A DNA stretch of 64,000 nucleotides from positions 589,697-653,696 of the forward strand of contig ML996699.1 of NCBI GenBank assembly GCA_010356995.1, read 5' to 3'. This DNA comes from Trichodelitschia bisporula (taxonomy: Eukaryota). The translations under genes were made by a program, and so were the position numbers. Below are positions 13,193-24,705 of this stretch, in pieces (within the stretch, counting starts at the first letter, position 1; every line of letters begins with the position of its first letter). A model generated the notes under the pieces. That model saw nothing but the letters and a program-made list of their open reading frames with translations. It had not been told where the DNA came from and ran no database searches.

Positions 13193-14173
13193 TCATTTCA
13201 GGCACAGCAGTGCCCGTTCTCCAAAGTTTGTCTCTATGCTGCCTTCGGCTTTGATCATCGTGCTCAGCCATTGCTTCACACCCTCGACCTCTCGTGCTCC
13301 AAACTTGACGAGAACGAGACCTCTGACATGGGCAGCAGTCCAGAGTAGGCCATCCTTCGTCTCTTGCTTCTGTCTCCGGGCGCGCGCTACTTCTATGCTA
13401 TCCGTCATCACCTCCTTGGTGTCATCCCAGTTTCTATTCCCAATGCGCGGCAGCCGCTTGAATTCGTCGACGAAATACTCACCAAGGGCCTTGAACAGCG
13501 GGCCGACGAGGATTAAAGTCCCGAATACGCCCAGGTTATCTATCCTCCCGGCGATGGGAGCCACATTCCCGCTATCATCCAGCAGAACATTGTCCCGTAG
13601 GATCAGCTTGCGGTCTCCCTCCTCCGGTACCAACCATACCTCGTTCTTGGAGGTATACTTGTAGAATGACCACTTTTCGCCACGGGCTGTTCGTCCTTCG
13701 GATACCCAATCGCACACACAGAGACTTGAGTCTGGCCCCGGCACATTGTACACCTGAGTCTGCTCGAAAACGCTGTCGGCATATGGCTGAACGGGATCGG
13801 GGAGGTAGCACAAGGCAGCGCCGGGTTCGAAGTCGACGACGAGACGTTGGCCGCTGACGAGAGAGCGAGTAGGGGTCTTGAAGATTTTGGTGCTGCCTTG
13901 GGTGAGGAGGACTAGGCGGGAAGGATGTGAAAGTTTGATGCGAAGGTCGATGGTATCGCCGGCTACGAGACCGCCGCCATATGTGAGAAGGAAGACCGTA
14001 TGGACAAGGTGTGCGCCGGCGTCGGTGCGGAGGGTTGAGGGATCGGGAGCGATAAGCTTGAGTGGGTACTGGTAGGAGAGGGTCTGGAGGACGGGCGTGG
14101 TGGGGGGAAGAAGGGCCACATGAATGGTGCCGAGGCCGGGGAGGGAAGTGGAGGAAGCGAAGGGAGAGGCCAT
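13193..14173 (-). CDS. ureD: Urease accessory protein UreD
   Basis: 326-aa intronless ORF with SYQYPLKL, YGGGLVAGD, LTQGSTKIFK, LPDPVQPY and DWVSEGRTARGEKW. Confidence 0.95.
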   Translation of the reverse strand: MASPFASSTSLPGLGTIHVALLPPTTPVLQTLSYQYPLKLIAPDPSTLRTDAGAHLVHTVFLLTYGGGLVAGDTIDLRIKLSHPSRLVLLTQGSTKIFKTPTRSLVSGQRLVVDFEPGAALCYLPDPVQPYADSVFEQTQVYNVPGPDSSLCVCDWVSEGRTARGEKWSFYKYTSKNEVWLVPEEGDRKLILRDNVLLDDSGNVAPIAGRIDNLGVFGTLILVGPLFKALGEYFVDEFKRLPRIGNRNWDDTKEVMTDSIEVARARRQKQETKDGLLWTAAHVRGLVLVKFGAREVEGVKQWLSTMIKAEGSIETNFGERALLCLK

Positions 14174-14725
14174 TGACGGAGGGGCGCTCCAGTCTTTATG
14201 CGCAATGAGGTGTACTTGAGGAGATATGAAGGCGCATCAGGAGCTCGGAAGTAGTTGTACGGCAATATTGGCTAGCTAGAACTAGTACTCGGAGGACTCC
14301 GCACACACATGAGCTGCAAATGCTGTACCTCAGCCTGGCGGGGCAAGCCGCGCTAACCAATCAAGGTGTCCACTTTCCGCGCGGCAGAAGCGAGCCAGGG
14401 TTAAGTCGGGCGGTCAGCAACAACCTAACCAGCCAAACCGGCCAAACGACTCGGACACGCGAATCCTCCGATAATTCCCAGCAACACCCATCTTCCCAGT
14501 AACGTCCGACGCGCCCCTCCTACGATCCAAAAACACCCGCCTTCATCGTCACATCCCAACCGCTGCGTGGATCCTGCATCTTCAGCGTCGCCAATCAGGC
14601 AGTCAGCCCCCGCGCCACACACTGTGTGATTTTACGCCCCCGCGTGCAGCATCTTGCCGTGGGACGCGTCCCATTTCGCGCATCCGTACTGCTGAATACG
14701 TCCCCTCCTCTCACTTCTACAGCTC

Positions 14726-17700
14726 ATGCCTGCCCGCACCTCCGACATGGACTCTCCGACGCAGGGCACCTCGCGCCGCAAATCGGGACGCGTCGTCAAG
14801 AAGCCCGACGTGCTTGGATCCTCTGCGCCGCCGCCAGCGGGCAGCAAGCGCAAGCGGTCTGACGGCGAAACCGATGAAGAAGACAATGGGGAAGTCGAGC
14901 AAACGGGCGAGGATATCGACATGCCAGACGCGTCGTCTAGCGACAGCGATTCGACGGAGGGTGAACCGGATCCCGAAGAAATCAAGGAGCGCAAAAAGCG
15001 CGCGCGTCAGTCGAGAGCTGCGCGTGGAAGCCGGCCTCCGGCACGCAAACCTGCGGCGAAGAAGCCCAAGCCAAATGGCCAGAAGCTTAGCTTAGCGATT
15101 CGGCCTGCAACGACGAAGCCGAAGCAGCGCAAGACTCGCGCTCAACCGATCGAGGATGCAGACGCAGTGGGCGGACTCTATGGTGAGTACTTCCTGTGGC
15201 TAGTGACATGGTCTAACAGCCTGCAGGCGATGTCTTCGGTAAGGGCAAGAGCATCGAGGATGCTGCCGTGAGCTTCATGGCTGCGTTTTCGGACCACGAG
15301 TCTGCTGCCATGGCAGACTTATTCAACTTCGTCCTCAAGTGCGCCGGTTGTGACCACAAGATAGAGAGCTATGATGTGGAAGACCCGGACCATTTTGCCG
15401 ACAAGATTGGCGACATCCAAGAGGAATACCAAGCGGTATGCGTCAATCCAGATTTCGTTCGCTTTTAGCTAACAACGTGCAGCAAGGGATTTCCGAGTAT
15501 CCCCTCATTGCCAAAGGCAGGGGTAAAGCAGCTCACAACTTCAAAGGCACCTTTATCGGCTTCCTTAATGCTCTCATATCGACCGCTACGAGCGCGGATA
15601 TCCTTTTCACCGAAGAGGCCTTCATGGAAGTGATGGCAGCATGGATTAGCACAATGGCTTCTGCGGGCAATCGCCCCTTTCGCCATACCGCCACTGTTGC
15701 GGCTCTTACCATCATGAGCGCGCTCTGCGAGGTGGGCCGCGACATTGTCGAAACCTCGGCCAAAACCCTCCGGCAGGCCGAAGGCGAAAAGAAGAAAAAA
15801 GGCCGTGTAAACAAGGCGCGTGTGACTGAGCTCGAGAACAATGTCAGGGAGGCCGGTGCTCGGGTGGAGAAAATCGGGAACTATTTGACCCTCTGGTTTG
15901 ACACAGTTTTTGTACACCGGTACCGCGATGTTGACCCCAACATTCGCGAGAACTGTGTTCAGGCTTTGAGCGAGTGGATAATACTCTTCCCGGACCATTT
16001 CTTTGACGGCCAGTACTTGCGGTATCTGGGTTGGGTGCTTTCCGATCATAACGCCAAAACGCGGCATGCAGTACTCGAGGCGCTCATCAAGCTGTACCAG
16101 GATCAAGACAAGCTCAGCGGGCTTCGGAGCTTTACAGAGCGCTTCCGACCACGGATAGTGGAAATGGCGACGCGGGATAGCGAAAACTCTGTTCGTGCCG
16201 CTGCAGTAGAACTGCTCAACTTTCTCCGCAGCGCTGGCTTCCTCGAACCAGACGATATTGACGCCGTCGGCCGACTGATTTTCGACTCGGAGCCGCGCGT
16301 CCGCAAGGCTGTTGTGGGGTTCTTTGCCGAAAATGTCAAGGACATGTTCGAGTCTAAGGTCGATGATCTAGGCGGGCAGGACGCGCTCGATGAGACGGAC
16401 CTTAACGATACGGACGAAAACTACGATAGCCCGCGGCTGGAGTGGATGAAGCTGAAATGCCTGGTCGAGATTCTGCAGTCTTACGATGCACTGGATGAGA
16501 TTGGCTCAAGCGATGTCGTTCGGGTGCCGGGCACGGATTCTTACCTCCTTATCCCCGGCGGTTTAGAGTCTAGGCTTTCGCTGGCGGCGGAAGTCCTGTA
16601 CGATCGCATACCCGAGCTCAAGGAGTGGGAAGTACTTGCCGGCTATCTGCTCTATGATCATACACGGACTCCGGAGCAGAACGGCGCTACCTCCGATACT
16701 GAGACACTCTTTAAGCAAGCCTGCCGGCTCGACGACAAAGAGGAGATTATTCTCCTAGAAGTCCTCAACGCTTCCGTCAAGCTGCGTCTCACCCAGGCAG
16801 TGGAGGCAGCTAGCAGCCACAAGAGGAAGGCGGCCGACCGTCAGGAAGCCCAAGACCTCCAAGAAACAGCTGCTCGCCACCTCGCGCAGCTGATTCCGCG
16901 TCTGCTTAACAAATTCGGCGGGCTGCCAGATGCTGCGCTGGCCGTCTTGCGCTTGGAACACGTGCTCAACCACGAGGCCTTCCAGGCGCTGCGCCAGGAC
17001 GTGTCGACCTACTCCGCGCTGCTGGACGACATCAAGAAGCAGTTCCTCACCCATGGCAAGCCGCAGGTGCTCGAGGAAGCCTCGCTCGTCCTCTTGCACG
17101 CCAAGTCTCATGACGACCTCGAGGAAGTGACGACCGACAAGCTCTCGTCGCTATGGGAGGATACGCTCAATACCCTCCATGCACTCTGCCGCGACCGCGA
17201 GCTCTCCGTCCGTGGCAACATCGCCGACAACGTCCTCACCGTCCTCGCGAGCACCCTCCTGCGCATCTCCAACCTGAGTCAAATCTCAGATTGCACCGAT
17301 CCGCTTGAAGCCCCGCCCCTGCGCTCCGCACGTGCCAAAGCCAAAGTCGCAACCGATCCCGCCCTCCTCTCCATCCTCGCCATCGTGCACCGCGCGAACA
17401 CTGACCCCGAGACCGGCGACGTGGACGCCGAAACCGGCAAGCGCGAGGATGCGCTGGTCGCCAATGCCGCCCGCGCCATCTCCTTCTACCTCATGTGGAA
17501 GGTCCAGGCGCTTCAGACTTTGCTGGCAAATAACGACCCCGTACCGCGCGCGGACATTGACAAGGTCCGCGCTGCGCGGGACGAGTTCATCGAGACGCTG
17601 ACGGCGGTGCTCCCTGCGCGGCGCGGCGCGGACGAGCTCCGTATTGCGCTGGCGGGTATTCTGCTCGATGTGTTCTGCGTCTTTACGTCACTGCTGCGGG

Positions 17701-18413
17701 CAAAGCCTGCGCGGGACGCTGATGAGGTTGAGGAGGATGCCGATGCCGACGGCCGCGAGGCGTGTAGCGCGCTGGCCATTGAGGTCCCGCGGCAGACGCA
17801 GGATCTTCTACTACAGATATTGGGTGCGGCGGAGAAGGCGTACGCACGGCGGGCGAAGAAGACGCTCGAGGATAATGACGAAGGGGCGGAAGATGTTGAC
17901 GAGGACCCGGAGTCGGAGGATGAGGCTGACGAGGATGAGGATGGGGAGGAGGGCCGCCTTGCGCTAGAGTTGCTGGCTGAGAAGATTATCTGCGAGTATG
18001 CCGGCAAGCTTGTGCTTGGTCTTTGGGCGGGGGTGCTTGATGGGCCAAGTGAGGGGCAGAAGAAGGGGGGTGCGGGCCACGTGGAGGCGCGGCTGAGGCA
18101 CAATGCTAAGCGCCTTGGGGCGAATTACAAGGCTGTTGTGGACACGCTTGATGCGGCGAAGAAGGGGAAGAAGGGGAGGGGTGGGCGGAAGGTGACGCCG
18201 GCGCGGAAGGTCAAGGAGAAGGCGAATGCTAACGCGAAGAGTGCGGCGATTGTGATTGATAGCGAGGAGGAGGATGAGGAAGAGAGGCAGGCGACTGAGG
18301 AGGTGGAGGAGGAAGAGCGACAGCGTGAGGAGGAGGCTAATGAGCAGGAGGAGAGGGATGAGGCTGAGAAGGAGGCTGAGGACGCGGAGATCGAGAGCGT
18401 GCTGGGGGATTAG
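14726..18413 (+). CDS. psc3: Cohesin STAG-domain subunit (Scc3/Psc3/Irr1), 3 exons
   Basis: Introns 15183-15226 and 15436-15482. STAG/SCD motifs RPFRHTAT, VFVHRYRDVDPNIR, YLRYLGWVLSD and FTERFRPRIVEMA. Confidence 0.93.
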
Positions 18414-21400
18414 ATGGGCGAGGGTATGTGATCACGAGGCATGATGGGGCACGGTGGGGTCTGGTGTTGACAGCATGTCGGTTTGTACTGTTAGCAAGGG
18501 CGTGGGGAATGAGCTTTGTCTTTCAGCTGTGCTTCTTTCTATGGTGTAATTCTAGCGCACAGCGAGATCTATACCCGCGGTCGCATCGTGTTCTCATTGC
18601 TTGCTGTTTCTGCGGGTCGGACAGGCTTTTTAAGAGCGCATGGGGTGGGTGGGAGAGGTGGAACCGCGTGCGCATGTATTGCTTCAATTGAGTGGTCCAT
18701 GATTCCTAAATCCATTTGTCCCGCTTATTGGACTTCGGTTCTCCACCCATGCCAGTGGATTCTCCTCGTGGCGATCGAGATTGCATAAACTGTCAAACAC
18801 TAATAGACTCGGGAGATGTCGGGCCATCTCTTGGGGAGTTTTTGTTCCGAGTACGTCTGTTGAGGGAGAGTAATATGCTGGCAGAGTGCAAGCGGCACAT
18901 GCGATGGAGAAAAATCAATGCTCGGGACAGCCATGCTTAACACTGTTGTGGATGGGGAATATCATGGACCCCAAGTGTGGTCCGGTCCCCGATATCAACC
19001 TAGCCCTCCCGTGGAGACGGACCCGCAGAACCACATCGCACGATCGTCGCGAGTGCATCCTCTAAAAGACCTCGACCAACGCGCTTTGTCGTAGTCAAGA
19101 TACCGGGATACCCATATCCGGTCGGCAAGACCAAAGCCGTCTCTCGCATGGGGTCTTACGTCGTGATATCGCCTTGCCAAAACAGCACTCCGAAGTACAC
19201 CTCGGGAACTCTAGGCTGCCGACGTCTACATTGCCTTCGCACCGGCGCCTAACTAGTCGCGACGGCGGCGGGACTGGTCGCCGGTGCGCGCCGCAATGAA
19301 GCTCAGAGCTAATAATGAAGCTTAGAACTAAGTCATAATGGCGGGATGAGCGGGATGAGCGGGGCGATTTAGGGGCCGCGTAAGTTCATCGAGGAGAAGT
19401 AAGATGGGTAATTTGGGAATGATGGGAGCGAGGATGGATTTATAAACACGGCAAGAGGAGGCCGGATGGCCGCCGGGTTCTAGATGCGTTAACATGATGT
19501 CTGTAACGGTTGGGAGTGTGCTTAATGGAATTGCGGGAGAGAGATGTGCTCGGTACCCGATGCCGGAGCAGTGGATATGTACCCACACAGCCCCTCGCTG
19601 CAGAGAAGGTACATTCTATTCCCGTCTCCAGAAGTAGCCCCTCCCATTCCCCACTATCACGACCTGACAAAGCACCCTCAAATAGTGTGCTGCGTACCTC
19701 AGCATGCATGCAAAAGACAAAGGGACGCCTAACCCCATTTATACTGCCCCTCACTACCGTACATCGCCCACACCTCCCATCAAATTGCAGGCTCCACGTA
19801 TTGACCGAGTGGAGATTACCCGTGATCGGCCGCGCTCCCCAGGCGCGCCTCAACACCGCCTCCAAAAGCCAAGCGCGCCGCCCACGGCCTCCTGGCACAC
19901 GCCGCTCACGGCCGGCGCGAAGCTTGGCCAGCTAGGCGTTGACTCAAGAACGCGATGTTACGGAACCGGGCATCAAACCGCACCCTACCCGCTGGCATAC
20001 AACCTTCTTTCTCGAGACGACGGCTGCGATGATCACGATGTATCGTGACGCTGACATCGAAGGGGGGAAGAAGGCAACCCGATGTTTCCCTCGGCATCGC
20101 TCCCCTGCCCGGCCCCGCCGCGACGACTCCGCGAGCGATGTCAGCGTCTCGGCGGCTGCCTGTCGGCGAGTCGGCGGGCGGGCAAGAGCCGGAGTCGCTC
20201 ACAGGCTCGGGGGCCGTTGGGACCTTGAATACCATCGCCACACAAAGAACACGGGCGGCGGGCTTCGTCCAACCTCGGGGTCGCCTATCCCGGGACCAGC
20301 TTGCAAAACCCCAACCCCAACGAGAATCGCCGTGGTTATTCCTCGTGAAGACCTTGTTCAGCATCTCATCGTCACCACGTTCAGGCCCACCAGCCTCAGG
20401 CACATTTCGTCGTATTTAGCCTCCGCCCACAACGGCTAGTGCGCCCCACCAGCCACCGCGCCACACCGCTTGTGCCTGACTGGGCAAGAGAGGCAGGGAG
20501 CGCCTTACGCGCGGGCGCTTATCGGCCTCCTACGCCAGAAATAGAGCGGCTGGGCTGGGTTGCGGGTGCGGTGCGTGGTTCTTGGTGTCTGCCCGCCCGC
20601 GGTGCCGAGTGCGACGGAAGGCGCCTGAGATCGTGGGATCTGGCGGTGTGGGAATGGGGAGGCCGTGGGGAAGCTCGCATGGCGGATGGAGTAGACTTTT
20701 GTACTGTACCGTACTGTGTTATCTGCCGTCGATGACACGGGTACGTACCATTGGCAATACGCTCGACGTCGGTTAGAAGCAAGATGAGCGAAGTGGGCAG
20801 ACGCCGCCTCGTATATCCCTATCTCGCGCATCCCTGCCAGCGAACCTCCTCATGCGGCCGGCATACAAAGGCGCGGCATACCGTCCCATCACACGCATAT
20901 CGCCAGCGTGCCGGATACCCGCCCGGGGAATTTATCCCACATCAACCAACGCTCATACACGCGGCCAGAAACGCGCATTCCAGACGAAAGGCGAAGGTAT
21001 CTATCTCAACCGCGCTTGCTGCACCGCGCGACTGCTTCAAAACACCTGCAACGTCCCGCGTTGGAACGCTTGTTTCCCAGAACCCCGGGCGCGCGGGGCT
21101 GGGCTGGACTCGCCGCGCCTGGCGGGCACCCCGCGTTTTTTTGGGCAAGACACTGCTGATGGAGCGCGGATGTCGTGGCCGCGTGTTGGGTTTATGAGGT
21201 CTGGGTACTGTATGGGGTTGGTAGGCGCGCGTGCGCTGGCGCGAGTTGCATCGCGAGTTGTTGAGCGGAAGAGCGCGTGCGGATGGCGCAACGGTTTGGA
21301 TACTGCGGAGTGCGCTTCAGCCCTGGCAGGCGAACTCGCGTGCGCTGTGTAGGAAGCATGCAGCGGTGCGCAGCGGCGTGATAGCGCAGTTTCTAGAGCG

Positions 21401-22920
21401 ACGTTCGGCAGGGCAGGATACAGTACGATTCACGAGAGTCACATGCGAGATCAAGAGTTGCTATTTGCGACGGCGAGCGTAGATGGAGCATAGCCACCGT
21501 GAGATTCAGTGCTTGCGAAACTGCCAGATCTAATCTATTTCCTGCCCGGCTCGGCGGGCAATCGAGCGTGTGTGATTCACGTTGGGGATGATGATGCGCT
21601 GCCCGCTTTGCCAAGGGGGGGCCTGGTGGTGAGGGAGAGGTGAAGAAGTTGCTTGGCTTTTGAGTTTAGTGTAAATGGGAGGAGGGGGGTCCTTAATTCG
21701 GGGCACGGCGAGGGGGAGGTGAACGGAGGCCGACGCGCGCGAAACACCGGGAGCCAGTTAGCGTGAGCGGGACTAGGCTTCTTTTGGAATAGCGCCCGCC
21801 TCGGGTCTCCACGACGACGTCCGCCGGCTTTTGAGGAGGGGAGACGGATAGCAGGCAATCGACGGGAAGAGGAATTGAACATGGAGACGAAGACGAAAGT
21901 ATGCCAAAGACAGAGGTAGAGATGGTTGAAAGTATCTACCCGCGAACAGACCGCTCACTCTATACTCGACAGTATCACGAACAGTCTTGACACTCGTTCT
22001 TTGTGTATCCTCAAACCTCTCCCTCCACCGCCCAACCCCCGCTCACTCACCCCCCAGTTTGTGCTTCGCCCGCACCGCAGCCGGCGGCCTGTCGCTCCCT
22101 AACACTGCCCCGTCCCGTACGTGGTCCGGGCGGGCCAGCCTTGCAGGTCCAGCCGCAGGGCGCCGTGTGTGAGTGGGTACGGAGTACGGAGGTGCTGGCC
22201 GCCCTGGAGAAAGACTGATGCGCAGCTGCGCAAGGTGAGATGTTAGCAAAGTAATCCGTATGTAGCAGCAAAAACAGACACGCAGAGAGAGAAACGGGGT
22301 GGCTCATCTCCCATGCTCCCCCCCCCCCCATGGCTGCTGATGATGGCGTAGCTCAAGCCTCGAGTTCAACCACCCTTCGTTATTACTGGGCCTTGAGAAG
22401 CCGCTTTGGTCCCCTCAGTTTCCCCTCAACCCATCCCCCATCCACCTCCTTTAACCCTGGGCGTTTGGCCTTGCAAAGTTGCTTTGCTTTGCTGCTCACA
22501 CACGCACGTCTTCGCGGAAAGAGAACATATTCCTGCCTCACCCTCCTCGAACTCTTTTCAGCTCTTCTTTTTTCTCTTCCTTCGCTTCCTGTTTTTGCGC
22601 TGCCTTTCCCCGCAGTTCAGCCTCCTCCCCCCTCCCCTTCTCTCGCTTCCTAGCTTAATATCTATTGCTCTCTTCGTTGAGCTTGCTTACCTCCCAATCC
22701 CAAACACGGCCATCAAAGCCTCAGCAACAGCCTTTCGTTAATATCTTCGTTCAAGCAAGCCTGCCCTTCCGTGTGCAAACTGGTAAGTCAACCACCCCAT
22801 CCTGCCCTCTCTCATTCTGCCCTGTAAGCCCACTTTCCCATCACTCTCAACACCATACACGGCTCGTCTTACACGTATGATAGTCTTGATTGCCCTGAGT
22901 AGCATCTACACTCCACCACC

Positions 22921-24705
22921 ATGCCTCCCAGCCCGGAGCCCGGCTCCCCCATGGAGGACGTTAAACATGGCGCCCATAGCATGCACGACCGGCTGTCCGT
23001 AACCGACAGTCCCAAGAACTCCGTCTACAAATCTCGCCATATCTCACTTCAGTCGCGCGTCGACTCCATCGCCGAGCAAAACGTTTACGGTTACACGTCC
23101 GACGAGCAGTTCTCCCTGCCCGACCTCCCCGCCACCTACAAGACCTCGTCTCGCTCCCGCAGCTACCTCCTCGACCCCCAGTACCCGGGCACGGCGTACG
23201 AGCCCGAACCCATGGGCCACCCTCACCAACCCCTCATGGAGACCGGGCCCCACGGCCACCCCATCCGGGCCGTCGAGATGTCCACCATGCGCGAGATATT
23301 CTTCGTCGGCGTCGTCGCCATCTCGCATTTCATGACCCAGGCCGCGCTGGGCCAGGCCCTGGCCCCCATCAGCATCATCTCCAAGTCCTTCGACATCACA
23401 GCGCCGGGAGAAGAGGCGTGGTTCATTGCCGGCTACTCGCTGACCGTTGGTACGTTTATCCTGATCTCCGGTCGCTTGGGCGACATCATGGGTCACAAGC
23501 GCGTCTTCGCCTTTGGTTACGCCTGGTTGGGCGTCTGGGCCGCATTTGCTGGTTTCTCCGTCTATCCTGGGAAGCAGATCTTCTTCGATATCTGCCGCGC
23601 CATGCAAGGTATCGGACCCGCCCTCATCATGCCCAACGGTCTCGCGCTTTTCGGCCGCGCCTACCCGCCTGGCATCAAGAAAAACATCGTATTCAGCATC
23701 TTCGGCGCCGTTGCGCCTGCCGGTTTCGTCACAGGCGCCACGTTCGGTTCGCTTTTCGCCCAGAAGTCCTTCTGGCCCTGGGCCTTCTGGAGCTACGCCA
23801 TTGCTGCTTGGGGTCTGGCAGTCCTGGCGCTGATCGCCGTCCCGCGCGAACTTAGCGAGAAGCCTGTGAATCCTCCTGGCTTTGACTGGACGGGCTCGAT
23901 GCTCGGTGTCGCGGGTCTTGTGCTCGTCAACGTGGCGTGGAACAACGGCCCGCTCTTCGGCTGGAACCAGCCGCATGTCTACTTCCTGCTGATTATCGGG
24001 TTGCTGTCTCTGGTGGCCTTCGTGTGGGTGGAGAAGCGAGCCGAGAGCCCGATTCTGCCTATGCACGCCATGAACGGAACCGTCAACTACGTGCTTGGGT
24101 GCGTGGGTCTCGGGTGGGGCGCCTTTGGTGTCTGGGTCTTCTACGTGTTCAAGTTCCTCGAGCAGATTCGTGGAGTAACGCCCTTGGTGGCTTCGGCGCA
24201 GTTCTCTCCGGCCGTGATTTGCGGTCTGCTCGCCGCCGGCATGACGGGGTTCATGTTGACACACACGCCTGTGTCGTTCGTCATGTTCGTCTCCATGATC
24301 GCCTTCTGTCTCGGCATCATAATTTGCGCATTTCAGCCCGCCAGCCAGGTCTACTGGGCGCAGATGTTCATCAGCATCGTCATCATGCCGTTCGGCATGG
24401 ACATGTCGTTCCCGGCCGCATCCGTCATTCTTTCCAACCACATGCCGGCTGAGCACCAGGGCTTGGCCATGTCGCTCGTCAACACGGTCGTCAACTACTT
24501 CATCTCCATCTCGCTGGGCATTGCCGGCACCGTAGAGTCCCAGGTCATCAAGGGCCTCGACCCGACTGACCCGATCGTCCAACTGCGCGGTATTCGCTCA
24601 GCATTCTACACCGCCATCGGCCTAAGCTTGGCGGGTGTGATCTGTGGTGGTTTGTTCTTCCTGCAGACATGGCGGAAGGAGGGGTGGAAGATAATGGATC
24701 ACTGA
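22921..24705 (+). CDS. MFS drug:H+ antiporter, Atr1-like (DHA2 family)
   Basis: 594-aa ORF with many hydrophobic segments; WFIAGYSLTVGTFILISGRLGDIMGHK, RAMQGIGPA and PFGMDMSFPAA motifs. Confidence 0.9.
   Translation: MPPSPEPGSPMEDVKHGAHSMHDRLSVTDSPKNSVYKSRHISLQSRVDSIAEQNVYGYTSDEQFSLPDLPATYKTSSRSRSYLLDPQYPGTAYEPEPMGHPHQPLMETGPHGHPIRAVEMSTMREIFFVGVVAISHFMTQAALGQALAPISIISKSFDITAPGEEAWFIAGYSLTVGTFILISGRLGDIMGHKRVFAFGYAWLGVWAAFAGFSVYPGKQIFFDICRAMQGIGPALIMPNGLALFGRAYPPGIKKNIVFSIFGAVAPAGFVTGATFGSLFAQKSFWPWAFWSYAIAAWGLAVLALIAVPRELSEKPVNPPGFDWTGSMLGVAGLVLVNVAWNNGPLFGWNQPHVYFLLIIGLLSLVAFVWVEKRAESPILPMHAMNGTVNYVLGCVGLGWGAFGVWVFYVFKFLEQIRGVTPLVASAQFSPAVICGLLAAGMTGFMLTHTPVSFVMFVSMIAFCLGIIICAFQPASQVYWAQMFISIVIMPFGMDMSFPAASVILSNHMPAEHQGLAMSLVNTVVNYFISISLGIAGTVESQVIKGLDPTDPIVQLRGIRSAFYTAIGLSLAGVICGGLFFLQTWRKEGWKIMDH

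Noticed and set aside
22260..22265. AUG-stop upstream of the Atr1-like transporter, suggestive of boron-sensing minimal uORFs
   Set aside because: It lies 660 bp upstream, probably outside the transcript, and is expected by chance.
18414..22780. Many short ORFs in the GC-rich region upstream of the MFS gene (similarly 43000-45400)
   Set aside because: Arg/Pro/Ala-rich translations without coding bias or motifs; no telomerase template, snRNA or riboswitch signature seen.
23044..24582. 512-aa antisense ORF over the MFS gene
   Set aside because: It is the codon-aligned mirror of a gene with high GC3, which depletes antisense stops; no recognisable domain.
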